From an uncultured Alphaproteobacteria bacterium (GTDB lineage: Bacteria > Pseudomonadota > Alphaproteobacteria > Bin95), in assembly GCA_963974445.1 (NCBI GenBank), contig CAXBDI010000005.1, positions 1 through 62,650 of the forward strand: a stretch of 62,650 nucleotides of DNA, read 5' to 3'. Positions within the stretch are counted from its first letter, which is position 1, and every line of letters begins with the position of its first letter. The position numbers were made by a program, and so were the translations under genes. Positions 19,201 to 28,463 of this stretch are shown piece after piece. The notes under the pieces are model-generated. The model saw only the letters and a list, made by a program, of their open reading frames with translations. It did not search any database and had not been told where the DNA came from.

Positions 19201-20439
19201 CTACTCCGCAGCGCGCGCTTGCCTTGGCGGCCAGTCGACCTGGCGGCGCAGTTCCAACTTGGCGATCTGCTGGCGATGCACCTCGTCCGGGCCGTCGGCG
19301 AAGCGGAGCGCGCGCATACGGCTCCACATGAAGGCCAGTTTGAACTCTTGGCTCATGCCGCCGCCGCCATGGGCCTGCATGGCGTTGTCGATGATCTTCA
19401 GCGCCATGTTCGGCGCCGCGACCTTAATCATGGCGATTTCCTGGCGGGCAGCCTTGTTGCCGACCGTGTCCATCATGTAGGCGGCTTTCAGCGTCAGCAG
19501 GCGGCACATCTCGATGTTGATGCGGGCGTCGGCGACGCGCTCCATGAAGTTGTCGCGCTCGGCCAATTGTTTGCCCCAGGTCACACGCTCCGTACCGCGT
19601 TTGCACATCATCTCCAGCGCCCGCTCGGCGACACCCATGATGCGCATGCAATGGTGGATACGGCCTGGCCCGAGCCGGCCTTGCGCGATCTCGAAACCGC
19701 GGCCTTCGCCCAGCAGCATATTCTCCTTCGGCACGCGCACATTCTCGAACAGAACCTGACCATGGCCGTGTGGGGCGTCGTCATAGCCCATGACGTGCAG
19801 CATGCGCTCGACCGTAATGCCGGGGGTGTCGCGCGGCACCAGAATCATCGATTGCTGGCGGTAGGTGGGGGCGGAGGGATCGGTCTTGCCCATCACGATC
19901 AGGATTTTGCAGCGCGGATCGCCGATGCCGCTGGTCCACCATTTGCGGCCATTGATGACGTATTCGTCGCCATCGCGCTCGATCCGGCATTCGATATTGG
20001 TGGCGTCGGAGGAGGCGACTGCCGGCTCCGTCATGGCAAAGGCAGAGCGGATTTCGCCGTTGAGCAGCGGCGTCAGCCAGCGCTTTTTGTTGTCCTCCGA
20101 GGCATAGCGCTCGAGCACTTCCATGTTGCCGGTGTCCGGGGCGGAGCAGTTGAAGGCCTCCGCCGCCCAGTTGACCCGGCCCAAAATCTCGCAGATCGGC
20201 GCGTATTCCAGATTGGTGAGGCCGGCGCCGTTGCGGGATTCCGGCAGAAACATGTTCCAGAGGCCCTCATCCTTGGCCTTCTGCTTGACCTCTTCCAGGA
20301 TGGGAATGACGGTCCAGCGGGTGTCGGCCTCGTCCAGTTGCTGATAATACAGCGCTTCGTTCGGGTAGACGTAACGGTCCATGAAATCCTGGACGCGCGC
20401 GCACAATTCCTTAGTGCGATCGTTGAACTCGAATTGCAT
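19201..20439 (-). CDS. Acyl-CoA dehydrogenase (ACAD10/11-like bacterial group)
   Basis: [61 protein letters not shown]. Confidence 0.94.
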   Translation of the reverse strand: MQFEFNDRTKELCARVQDFMDRYVYPNEALYYQQLDEADTRWTVIPILEEVKQKAKDEGLWNMFLPESRNGAGLTNLEYAPICEILGRVNWAAEAFNCSAPDTGNMEVLERYASEDNKKRWLTPLLNGEIRSAFAMTEPAVASSDATNIECRIERDGDEYVINGRKWWTSGIGDPRCKILIVMGKTDPSAPTYRQQSMILVPRDTPGITVERMLHVMGYDDAPHGHGQVLFENVRVPKENMLLGEGRGFEIAQGRLGPGRIHHCMRIMGVAERALEMMCKRGTERVTWGKQLAERDNFMERVADARINIEMCRLLTLKAAYMMDTVGNKAARQEIAMIKVAAPNMALKIIDNAMQAHGGGGMSQEFKLAFMWSRMRALRFADGPDEVHRQQIAKLELRRQVDWPPRQARAAE

Positions 20440-20694
20440 GTGGTTTCCTCACCTCGTCTGATTTAAGCCGGCGGTTGGCATTAGACGGCCAGCCTAGCGC
20501 GATAGGGCGGACGGCGGAAGGGGAAAGGCGACGGGAAAATCGTCTGGATGACGGGGGACGGTGGCGGGACGATCATCTCGCCCGTCGATGGCGGGAAATC
20601 CGTCGGTTGCTCCAACGCCAGGGCTTTTCCTACCCTCTCGCCTGCCCTACCCTTTTGGCCAATCGCACCAAATCGCTAGCCGGAGGAAATCGCC

Positions 20695-22428
20695 ATGGCC
20701 AAGATCGAGAAACTGCTGACAGAAGAAGTCCGTGCCGCCGAGGGCATCGTGCGCGTGCTGGAGGAAGCCGGCATCGACATGGTGTTCGGCATTGCCGGCG
20801 GCAATATGGGCCGGCTCTACGATGCGCTCTACGATCACCAGGATACGGTCCGCGCCGTCCTGGTGCGTCACGAGCAGTTGGCGAGCGTCATGGCGGAGGT
20901 CTATGGCCGTCTCACCGGCAGGCCCGGCGTTTGCACCGGCCAGGGCATTTTCATGCTGGCCAACGGCTTCCTCGGCACGCTGGAGGCGCATTTCGGCGCC
21001 TCGCCCATGCTGTTCCTGACCGACTTTAGCGACTCCCACCCCTATACCCAGCACGCGCCCTACCAGAGCGGCACCGGTGACTATGGCGGCGTCGATACGC
21101 GCAAGGCGCTGGAGGCGATCACCAAGCAAACCATCGTCGCGCACCAGCCAGCCCAGGCCGTGCACGCAACGCAGTTGGCGATCAAGCACGCGCTGACCGG
21201 GGAGCGCGGGCCGGTGGCTGTGATCTACCATTCGGGCGTGTTCCAAGGAAATGTCGACCCGAACGCCCGCCCTTTCCTCTACCCGACCAAACACTACCTC
21301 CCCAGCCCACAACCCGCCGACCCGCCCCGCGTTGCCGCCGCGGCTCAGGCCCTGGTGCAGGCGAAGCGGCCGGTCATTATTGCCGGCAACGGCGTGCGCA
21401 TTGCCCAGGCCTACGACCAACTCGCAGCCCTGGCGCACCAGTTGGGCGCGCCGGTCGCGACCAGCGCCTCCGGCAAGGGCGTTTATGCGGAAACCGACGC
21501 CTGGGCGCTGGGCGTTTGCGGCAATTTCGGCCAGCCGACGGCCAATGCCGTTATCGCCGAGGCCGACCTGATCCTGGCCGTCGGCACTCGCCTCGGCCCC
21601 GCCGACACGGCGAACGAGAACCCGGCCCTGATCGACCCAGCCCGCCAGACGCTGGTGCAGGTCGAGGTGGAGCCAAAGAACGCTTCCTGGACCTTCCCCT
21701 GCGATCACGTGGTCATCGGCGACGCCGCCTTGGCGCTGGCGCAATTGAGCGATGCCGTCAAAGCCGCCGGGGCGCCGTCTGCGGCTACGATTGCCGAGCG
21801 CAAGTCGGCGCTGGATGCGGCTAGGGGCGAGCACAAATTCTTCCAGAACCCCGGCTATGATTCCGACGAAGCCCCGATCATGCCGCAGCGCGTGTTCAAG
21901 GAGCTGCTGGCCGCCACCGCCGACGACGCCATCTTCACCCTGGATGCCGGCGAGAACCGCCTGTTCTCGGTTCACTACTTCCAGTGTAAGAGTGCCGGCT
22001 CCATGCTGATGCCGGGCATCGGCGCGATGGGCTATGCAATACCGGCGGCTTTGGCGGCGAAACTGGTCTATCCAGAGCGGCAGGTGCTGGCGATCTCCGG
22101 CGACGGCGGCTTCTCCATGGCGATGAACGGCATCATGACGGCTCGCGACGAGAACATCCCGATTGTGTCAGTAGTCCTGAACAACTCGGCGCTGGGCTGG
22201 GTGAAGCACGGCCAGGGCAACCGCACGATTGCTTCGACCTTCGCCGAAATGGACTTCGCCGCTATCGCCAAATCCATGGGCGTCCACGGCATCCGCGTCA
22301 CCGACCCGGCGGAACTTCCCGCCGCACTGGCAGAGGCCCTCAACTGCGGCCAGCCGTGCGTAGTAGACATCGTCACCAGCTTTGAGCCTAGCTTCAAGGA
22401 CGTGACCAGCCCGCTGGCGGCGGGTTAA
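20695..22428 (+). CDS. Second ThDP-dependent enzyme (acetolactate synthase-like)
   Basis: LVRHEQLA, GAMGYAIPAA, GDGGFSM...LNN; GGAGG RBS. Confidence 0.9.
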   Translation: MAKIEKLLTEEVRAAEGIVRVLEEAGIDMVFGIAGGNMGRLYDALYDHQDTVRAVLVRHEQLASVMAEVYGRLTGRPGVCTGQGIFMLANGFLGTLEAHFGASPMLFLTDFSDSHPYTQHAPYQSGTGDYGGVDTRKALEAITKQTIVAHQPAQAVHATQLAIKHALTGERGPVAVIYHSGVFQGNVDPNARPFLYPTKHYLPSPQPADPPRVAAAAQALVQAKRPVIIAGNGVRIAQAYDQLAALAHQLGAPVATSASGKGVYAETDAWALGVCGNFGQPTANAVIAEADLILAVGTRLGPADTANENPALIDPARQTLVQVEVEPKNASWTFPCDHVVIGDAALALAQLSDAVKAAGAPSAATIAERKSALDAARGEHKFFQNPGYDSDEAPIMPQRVFKELLAATADDAIFTLDAGENRLFSVHYFQCKSAGSMLMPGIGAMGYAIPAALAAKLVYPERQVLAISGDGGFSMAMNGIMTARDENIPIVSVVLNNSALGWVKHGQGNRTIASTFAEMDFAAIAKSMGVHGIRVTDPAELPAALAEALNCGQPCVVDIVTSFEPSFKDVTSPLAAG

Positions 22429-22456
22429 AGGTTTTGGCTTTAATCGCCCCTTCCGC

Positions 22457-22548
22457 CGTCATTGCGAGGCGGAGCCGAAGCAATCTACCGATAGTGGACT
22501 TACCATACTGGTGGATTGCCGCGTCGCCTCCGGCTTCTCGCAATGACG
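22457..22548. repeat. CGTC-tagged inverted REP doublet (copy B)
   Basis: CGTCATTGCGAGGCGGAGCCGAAGCAATCTACC...GGTGGATTGCCGCGTCGCC...CTCGCAATGACG; lies between convergent genes. Confidence 0.87.
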
Positions 22549-22599
22549 CCGAGGGTAGGGGTTGGTGCCGCTGAAATGGACGCTCAGACGCAGACGTGG

Positions 22600-23532
22600 C
22601 TACAGCGTCAGCACGGCCTTACCGAAGAACTGGCGCTCGATCAGGCCTTCTGCGACGCTGGCGATCTCGCTCCAGTCTTTTTGGACAGAGATTTCTACGT
22701 TCAGCCGGCCCTGTTCGATCAGGCGCATCAGGCGGGTAAGCCCTTGTGAGGCCGACTCCTTTTCCGACTCGCGGTAGAGGTGGAACCCGTCGATACGGCC
22801 GTCGCCGGACATCAGCAGAGGGCGCAGAGGCATCGGCGTTTCGGCGCCGCCGCTGACGCCGTAGGTGACCAGCCGGCCGCTGGCGTCCATGGCCTCGATC
22901 AGTTTGGCGAATACTGGGCCACCGACGCCATCGACGATGGAGCGGAACTTGCCGTGTTGCGCCAAAACCGCGCCGTCCTCGGACACGATCACCGACGCCC
23001 CGGTCGCCTCGACGGCGGCCTTGTGCGTGGCGCTGCGGATCAGCGCCACCGGCTCCGCCCCCATCAGCTTGGCCAGTTGGCAGGCGAAATAGCCGACGCC
23101 GCCGGTGGCCCCGGTGATCAGCACCCGGTCGCCGATGATCCGCTCGCACCGCTCCAGCGCATAGAGCGCCGTCAGGCCCGCCACCGGCAGAGTGGCGGCC
23201 TGCGCGTCGCTGACGCCATCCGGGACCGCTGCCAAGTCGACGGTCGGCAGCGCCACCTTCTCCGCCCACGCCTGCTGCCGGCGGGAGAAGCCGACAACCC
23301 TGGCGCCGGCCTTCGGGCCGCTGCCGTCCGCCGCCGCCCGCTCGATCACGCCTGCAACATCCCAGCCGACCTGCGCGCCCTTCACGCCGCCGCGCGCCCG
23401 GTTGACCTCGCCACGGTTGACGGAGAATGCGGTGACGGCGACGACGGCCTCGTTTGAATCCGGCTTGGGCTCTGCGGCATCGCCGATCTCGACCCAGCCT
23501 TTCGCCTGCGGATTGGCAAGAACTGCTTTCAT
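22600..23532 (-). CDS. MDR-family (quinone oxidoreductase / zinc-binding dehydrogenase-like) oxidoreductase
   Basis: Start MKAVLAN behind GAGG; SVNRGE, GWDVAGV, AATLPVAGLTA, VLITGATGGVG. Confidence 0.88.
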   Translation of the reverse strand: MKAVLANPQAKGWVEIGDAAEPKPDSNEAVVAVTAFSVNRGEVNRARGGVKGAQVGWDVAGVIERAAADGSGPKAGARVVGFSRRQQAWAEKVALPTVDLAAVPDGVSDAQAATLPVAGLTALYALERCERIIGDRVLITGATGGVGYFACQLAKLMGAEPVALIRSATHKAAVEATGASVIVSEDGAVLAQHGKFRSIVDGVGGPVFAKLIEAMDASGRLVTYGVSGGAETPMPLRPLLMSGDGRIDGFHLYRESEKESASQGLTRLMRLIEQGRLNVEISVQKDWSEIASVAEGLIERQFFGKAVLTL

Positions 23533-23725
23533 GGCTGACCTCACGCTCTGAAATTCGAAGTGTTCGGCGGAGAATGCGGCGAACCCGAAGGCGGCGCAAC
23601 GTTCACCAGCCGTGCGACAGCAGCACAGGTGAAGTGACTCCATGCTCGCCGGCCATTCCCACATCGCGCCGCCACCGCTAGCATGGCCGCAGACACCGAC
23701 AATCATTCTCAAGGAACCTGCCCCG

Positions 23726-24631
23726 ATGGCCAAACTCCCCGCCCTCGCCATGACCGCCGTCCCACGCCGCCGCGCCCAGGTGCTTGACCTGGCGCGGGAG
23801 ATCGAAAAGCGTGGCTATGCCGGGCTCTACACCCCCTCCACCCTGGGCGGCATGGCGTTTTGCGAGGCGCTGTCGGTCACGACCAAATCGATGCCGTTCG
23901 GTATCTCCATCGCGCCAATTTACTCGCGCACCGTCGACGACTTCGCCATGAGCGCCGCCTTCATGCACGAGATGTCCGGTGGGCGGTTCACCCTCGGCAT
24001 CGGCGTCAGCCATGGGCCAAGCCTACAGCGCATGGGCGTGACGCCAGGCAAGCCGCTGGGCGATATCCGTGACTTCGTCACGCGCTACAAAGCGACCGAA
24101 GGTTATGGCGAGCTGGCGCCGGTAGTCCTGGCCGCCATGCGTCCGAAAATGATCCAACTGGCCGGCGAAGTCGGCGACGGCATGGTGTTTGCGAACGCGG
24201 CGCGCTCCGCCGCTGCGAAGTCTCTGGAGAACCTGCCGGAAGCCTGCCGCAAGGACCCGAATTGGTATATCGGCTGCATGACGCCGACCTGCATCTCCGA
24301 CGATGTCGAGGCGGCGAAGGCGGTGCATCGCAAGACGCTGTGGCGCTATGCCCAACTGCCGAACTATCGCAATTACTGGAAGTCGGTCGGCTATGAGGAG
24401 GAGATGGCCGGCGTCGAAAAGGCCATGGCCGACAAGGAGTTGGAGAAAATCCCGCACTTCCTCACCGACCGCTGGCTGGCGGACACGACCATGTTCGGCA
24501 CCGCCAACCAAGTGCGCGAGCAGGTCGAGGCCTGGTACGACACCGGCGTTAAGACGCCGATCATCGTGCCCTCAAGTGCGGCGGGCAACCAGTTGAAGGC
24601 GGCGCAAGAGGTGTTTGACGCGTTCGGGTAG
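23726..24631 (+). CDS. LLM-class flavin/F420-dependent oxidoreductase
   Basis: AAGGA RBS; GRFTLGIGVSH, LAAMRPKMIQLAGEVGDG luciferase-like TIM barrel motifs. Confidence 0.85.
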   Translation: MAKLPALAMTAVPRRRAQVLDLAREIEKRGYAGLYTPSTLGGMAFCEALSVTTKSMPFGISIAPIYSRTVDDFAMSAAFMHEMSGGRFTLGIGVSHGPSLQRMGVTPGKPLGDIRDFVTRYKATEGYGELAPVVLAAMRPKMIQLAGEVGDGMVFANAARSAAAKSLENLPEACRKDPNWYIGCMTPTCISDDVEAAKAVHRKTLWRYAQLPNYRNYWKSVGYEEEMAGVEKAMADKELEKIPHFLTDRWLADTTMFGTANQVREQVEAWYDTGVKTPIIVPSSAAGNQLKAAQEVFDAFG

Positions 24632-24658
24632 CGGCGCACGCTCGCCGGCCGGCGTGCG

Positions 24659-25795
24659 CTAACGCACGACGAACTCGGCGTGCAGGGCGCCGGCGGTCTT
24701 GATGGCGCTCAGAATATCGATCATGTCGCGCGGCCCGATACCCAACGCGTTCAGGCCCGCGACCAGTTCGGCCAAATTGGTGCCGCCCTCGACGACGGCC
24801 ATGCGGTTGTTGCTCTGCGCCACTTGAATGTTGGTGCGCGGTACGGTGATGGTCTCGCCGGCGGCAAAGGGGTTCGGCTGCGATACCTGCGGCGTTTCGG
24901 TAATGCGCACTGTCAGGTTGCCCTGGCTGACGGCGACGGTGGAAATACGCACATCCGCCCCCATGACAATCGTGCCCGACCGCTGATCGACCACGACCCG
25001 CGCCGGCTGATCCGGTCGAACGTCCAGCGCCTCGATACTGGCGATGAAGGTGGCGATCTGACCGCGGCTGCCCTCCGGCACCTGCAAATCGACCGTACCG
25101 GGGTCCAGCGCGGTCGCCACTCCCTGCCCGAGAAACTGATTGATGCGCGTCTGGATTCGGGTCGCGGTGGTGAAATCCGGGTCGCGCAGCGCCAGCCGCA
25201 CGGTCTGCAGTTGCGAGAGCTCGAACTCGACCTCCCGTTCCACCCGCCCGCCGCCCGGGATAACGCCGGCGGTTGGCACGCCTTTCGTGACCGAGCTTGC
25301 CTCGCCCGAAAATGCCTCGCCGCCGGCCAGTAGCGGACCCTGTGCCACCGCATAAATCTTGCCATCCGCCGCGTTCATCGGCGTCATCACGAGGACACCG
25401 CCCAGCAAACTTTTAGCGTCGCCAATGGCGGAGACCGATACGTCGATGCGCGAGCCGGCACGGGCGAAAGCCGGCAGGGACGCCGTGACCAGGACGGCGG
25501 CGATGTTACGTGGCCGAAAATTTTCCCCCTGCACGTTGACGCCCAGCCGCTCCAGGACGTTGGCCAGTGCTTCCTCGGTGAACGGCGCATTGCGCAGGCG
25601 GTCGCCGGTGCCGTTCAGGCCGACAATCAGGCCATAGCCGACCAGATCGTTGCCGCGGACGCCCTGGAAATCGACGAGGTCCTTGATCCGCGCCTGCGCG
25701 GCAATCGCCGGCGCCATCGCCACATAGACGGCAGCGCAGATCAAAAGAGCGTGTATGCCCCCGATCAATCCCAACTGAACTGCGATTCTTCGCAT
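24659..25795 (-). CDS. flgI: Flagellar P-ring protein FlgI
   Basis: Signal peptide then RIKDLVDFQGVRGNDLVGYGLIVGLNGTGD; C-terminal ILSAIKTAGALHAE. Confidence 0.96.
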   Translation of the reverse strand: MRRIAVQLGLIGGIHALLICAAVYVAMAPAIAAQARIKDLVDFQGVRGNDLVGYGLIVGLNGTGDRLRNAPFTEEALANVLERLGVNVQGENFRPRNIAAVLVTASLPAFARAGSRIDVSVSAIGDAKSLLGGVLVMTPMNAADGKIYAVAQGPLLAGGEAFSGEASSVTKGVPTAGVIPGGGRVEREVEFELSQLQTVRLALRDPDFTTATRIQTRINQFLGQGVATALDPGTVDLQVPEGSRGQIATFIASIEALDVRPDQPARVVVDQRSGTIVMGADVRISTVAVSQGNLTVRITETPQVSQPNPFAAGETITVPRTNIQVAQSNNRMAVVEGGTNLAELVAGLNALGIGPRDMIDILSAIKTAGALHAEFVVR

Positions 25796-25837
25796 GCCTG
25801 GGTAACCTAGTCCTTCTGGCTGGCGGTTATTGGCTGA

Positions 25838-26899
25838 CTAAAGAACGTTGGCGAGCGAAAGCCTCAAAATGCGCGACGTGGCGAGAAAGCTGGCCTGTAG
25901 CTGCGTTTCCAATTGCGCCAGCGTCGTCGCGGCCTCGGTCGGATCGACATTTTCGATACCGGTAATGCGCCCCTGCAAGATCACGAGGGAGGCTTGCTGC
26001 TCCTCACGAAACGACTCGATGTTGCGCTGGACTAGGCCCAACCGCGCCTCGATCGAGACGACCCCGGCGACTCCATCGTCGATCATATCGACCGTAGCGC
26101 CCGCGAAACGCTTGTAGGCGGCGGCGCCGAACTGCCCATCCGCCTTCTGCACGGCCGCGTACAGGTACAGACCTTGTAGCAAGGTGCGTACCCCCTCCTC
26201 GCTGGCCTTGGCGCCATAAACGAGACGGTTGCCGTTGCCGTCGCTCACCGACAGATCGGCGCTCGCATCGGGCGCGCCCTGATAGATCTGACCGGTGAAA
26301 TTGAGTGTCGGGTTGGCATTGGTGTCGTCGAACATGCTGGCGACCTCCGCCAGCAATGAGTCCACCTGGGCCGCGGTCTCGATCCGACCGCCCGCCGCCG
26401 AAACATTGCTGGCGACAACGGACTCCACGGCGGCCAACATAGTGTTCGGCTGCTTCATCGGCGGCTGATCGACAGCCTGACCGCCAAAGACATACCGGTT
26501 GTCGACCCGCGCGTTCAAGGAGCTGAGCACCCGATCGATGCCTGCCGTCGCCGCCTGGCGCGCTACCAGGCCATAGCTGGGCGTGTTGGCTGAATCATCC
26601 ATAACCCCGCGGTAGTTGAAGCTTTCTGCCACGCCGCGGCTGTTCTCCAACGAGGCTTGCATCACCGATAATCGGGTTTCGACAATCCCGATCCGGTCCA
26701 ATTGGCCTCTGGCTTGAGTGACGCTGGCCTTCAGGCCGAAAATCGCCGCCCCGGACCCGCCCAGCCGATCCGCCAAGTCGGCGCGCCTGCCCGTCGCGAC
26801 CTCGCCGACGCTATCGGCAAAGCGCGTCTGCAGGCGGGTCAGGTTGTTCTGCAACCGGCTGAACAGGACCTGGGTGGTGAGATTGATGTTGGACAGCAT
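25838..26899 (-). CDS. flgL: Flagellar hook-associated protein 3 (FlgL, flagellin-like)
   Basis: Flagellin-like termini (EVATGR..., LNARVDNRYVFGG, ENVDPTEAATTL...RLSLANVL); located between flgK and flgI. Confidence 0.82.
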   Translation of the reverse strand: MLSNINLTTQVLFSRLQNNLTRLQTRFADSVGEVATGRRADLADRLGGSGAAIFGLKASVTQARGQLDRIGIVETRLSVMQASLENSRGVAESFNYRGVMDDSANTPSYGLVARQAATAGIDRVLSSLNARVDNRYVFGGQAVDQPPMKQPNTMLAAVESVVASNVSAAGGRIETAAQVDSLLAEVASMFDDTNANPTLNFTGQIYQGAPDASADLSVSDGNGNRLVYGAKASEEGVRTLLQGLYLYAAVQKADGQFGAAAYKRFAGATVDMIDDGVAGVVSIEARLGLVQRNIESFREEQQASLVILQGRITGIENVDPTEAATTLAQLETQLQASFLATSRILRLSLANVL

Positions 26900-26911
26900 C
26901 GGCCTCTGCTC

Positions 26912-28417
26912 CTATCGGGCTATCGCCAGCAACTCATCCAGCATGCGCGAGGCAGCTTGAATGACCTGGCTGTTGGCGGCGTAGCTGCGCTCGAACAACG
27001 CCAATTTCTGCAACTCGACATCGATGCTGACACCGGCGGTCGACAGACGCAGATCGGTGATCGCCTGGAAACTGACCTCTTGCGCGGTCGCATCGCGGGT
27101 GGACGCGGTCCGGGCCTGGTGCACCAATTGCGTGAATTCGCGGGCGCCGGCCGCGATCGAATTGTCGGAAAGGTCCGAACCGCCGGTGAAGCCGGTCGGG
27201 TCGACGAACGCGCCGATGAAGCGGGAGACTTGGCCAGGGTCGCCGGGCACGCCCGGCGTAACCGCCGCTATGCCGTCCCGCAGCCGGCTGAAATCGCCGC
27301 CGGCCGCCGGATTGACCGCATCGTTGACGGCAATCCTTGCGGCAAAGCCAACAACGGCGGCGGGATCGGTTGTATCCAATTGCAGTCCGCGGTCGGTGAA
27401 CAAGCCCGCATCGCCCGGCGCCAGGCTGATGTCAACCGACGTATCCTGAAAACGCTCGGCCAGTGCGTAGGCGACGCTATCGAGCCGCTGCTGCGCCTGG
27501 ACTAAGATCTCGTCGCGGACACGGAACAGCCCGGCGATCCGTCCGTCGTCGATGGATTGCGCATCGCCGGAGCCGGGGGCGATATCCCGCCCGTTGACGC
27601 TCAGACCGGATAGCGCGTGCGAATAGCCGGGAGCCGCTAACCCATTCGGGTCATACAGCTCGGTGGCGGAGACAATCGCCCGGTTATCGAACTCGACAGT
27701 CGCGGCGCTGAGGTCAATCAGCGGCACGCCTTCAACGGTCATCAGCGTAAAGGACGTATCGTCGTTGCCGCGCACCACGCGCACCGGAATGCGCCGCGCC
27801 ACCTCGTCGATCAACTGGTCGCGCTGGTCCTCGAGGTCGCCGGTATCCGCGCCGCGGTTGGCGCGAAGGGTAAGTTCCCGGTTGACGCGCGCCAATTGCT
27901 GGAGCGAGTCGTTCAAAACCGAGACCTCGCGCTGGATCGCCGCGTCGGTATCGCTGCGCATTTTCACGAATTCATCCGACAACTCGCTGAAACCGCGGGT
28001 GAGTTGCTGCACCGCGCGCAGCGTGTCCTGCTGGCGCACCGCCGATTCCGGCGTGGTTTCCAGCGCCCGGAAGGCTTCCTCCGTCCGCTCCAGCAGTTTC
28101 GGCAGGCTGTTGATCGAATCCGAATTGCCGACCGCATCCGCCACTCGCGTATAGGCATCGGCGTTGGCGGTCGCGAACTCAAGGCGGGCCTGCTCCAGCC
28201 GCGTGTCGCGAATGAGCAGCAGATCGACCTGGCGGCGAACCGCCGTGACCCGCACGCCCTGGCCTCGACCCCCGGCCACCAGTGGGTCGACCTCCACCTC
28301 CCGCCGGGAATAGCCGGGCGTCGTTGCGTTGGCGATGTTCTGAGCGCTAACATCGGCCTGCCGCTGATTGGCCAACAGCCCGGATAGAGCGGATGAGAGC
28401 GCGCTTGAAATGGTCAT
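26912..28417 (-). CDS. flgK: Flagellar hook-associated protein 1 FlgK
   Basis: ALSGL...NIANATTPGYSRR, LEDQRDQLIDE, GVSIDVEL...YAANSQVI. Confidence 0.94.
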   Translation of the reverse strand: MTISSALSSALSGLLANQRQADVSAQNIANATTPGYSRREVEVDPLVAGGRGQGVRVTAVRRQVDLLLIRDTRLEQARLEFATANADAYTRVADAVGNSDSINSLPKLLERTEEAFRALETTPESAVRQQDTLRAVQQLTRGFSELSDEFVKMRSDTDAAIQREVSVLNDSLQQLARVNRELTLRANRGADTGDLEDQRDQLIDEVARRIPVRVVRGNDDTSFTLMTVEGVPLIDLSAATVEFDNRAIVSATELYDPNGLAAPGYSHALSGLSVNGRDIAPGSGDAQSIDDGRIAGLFRVRDEILVQAQQRLDSVAYALAERFQDTSVDISLAPGDAGLFTDRGLQLDTTDPAAVVGFAARIAVNDAVNPAAGGDFSRLRDGIAAVTPGVPGDPGQVSRFIGAFVDPTGFTGGSDLSDNSIAAGAREFTQLVHQARTASTRDATAQEVSFQAITDLRLSTAGVSIDVELQKLALFERSYAANSQVIQAASRMLDELLAIAR

Positions 28418-28463
28418 TGCCGCACGTCTCGCCTTATTGCCAACACGTTAGTCATGGAATTGG

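Noticed and set aside
20500-20610. Purine-rich short repeats (GACGGG/GGCGGG) in the divergent ACAD-ThDP gap
   Set aside because: Irregular spacing and short units; plausible by chance at this GC content.
16972-22428. Calling either ThDP enzyme ilvB/ilvI
   Set aside because: No ilvH/ilvC neighbours, and both diverge from biosynthetic AHAS motifs.
23533-23700. Cys-rich reading frame (LHLCCCRTAGERC) upstream of the MDR gene
   Set aside because: No RBS or convincing family motif; likely chance translation of a divergent promoter region.
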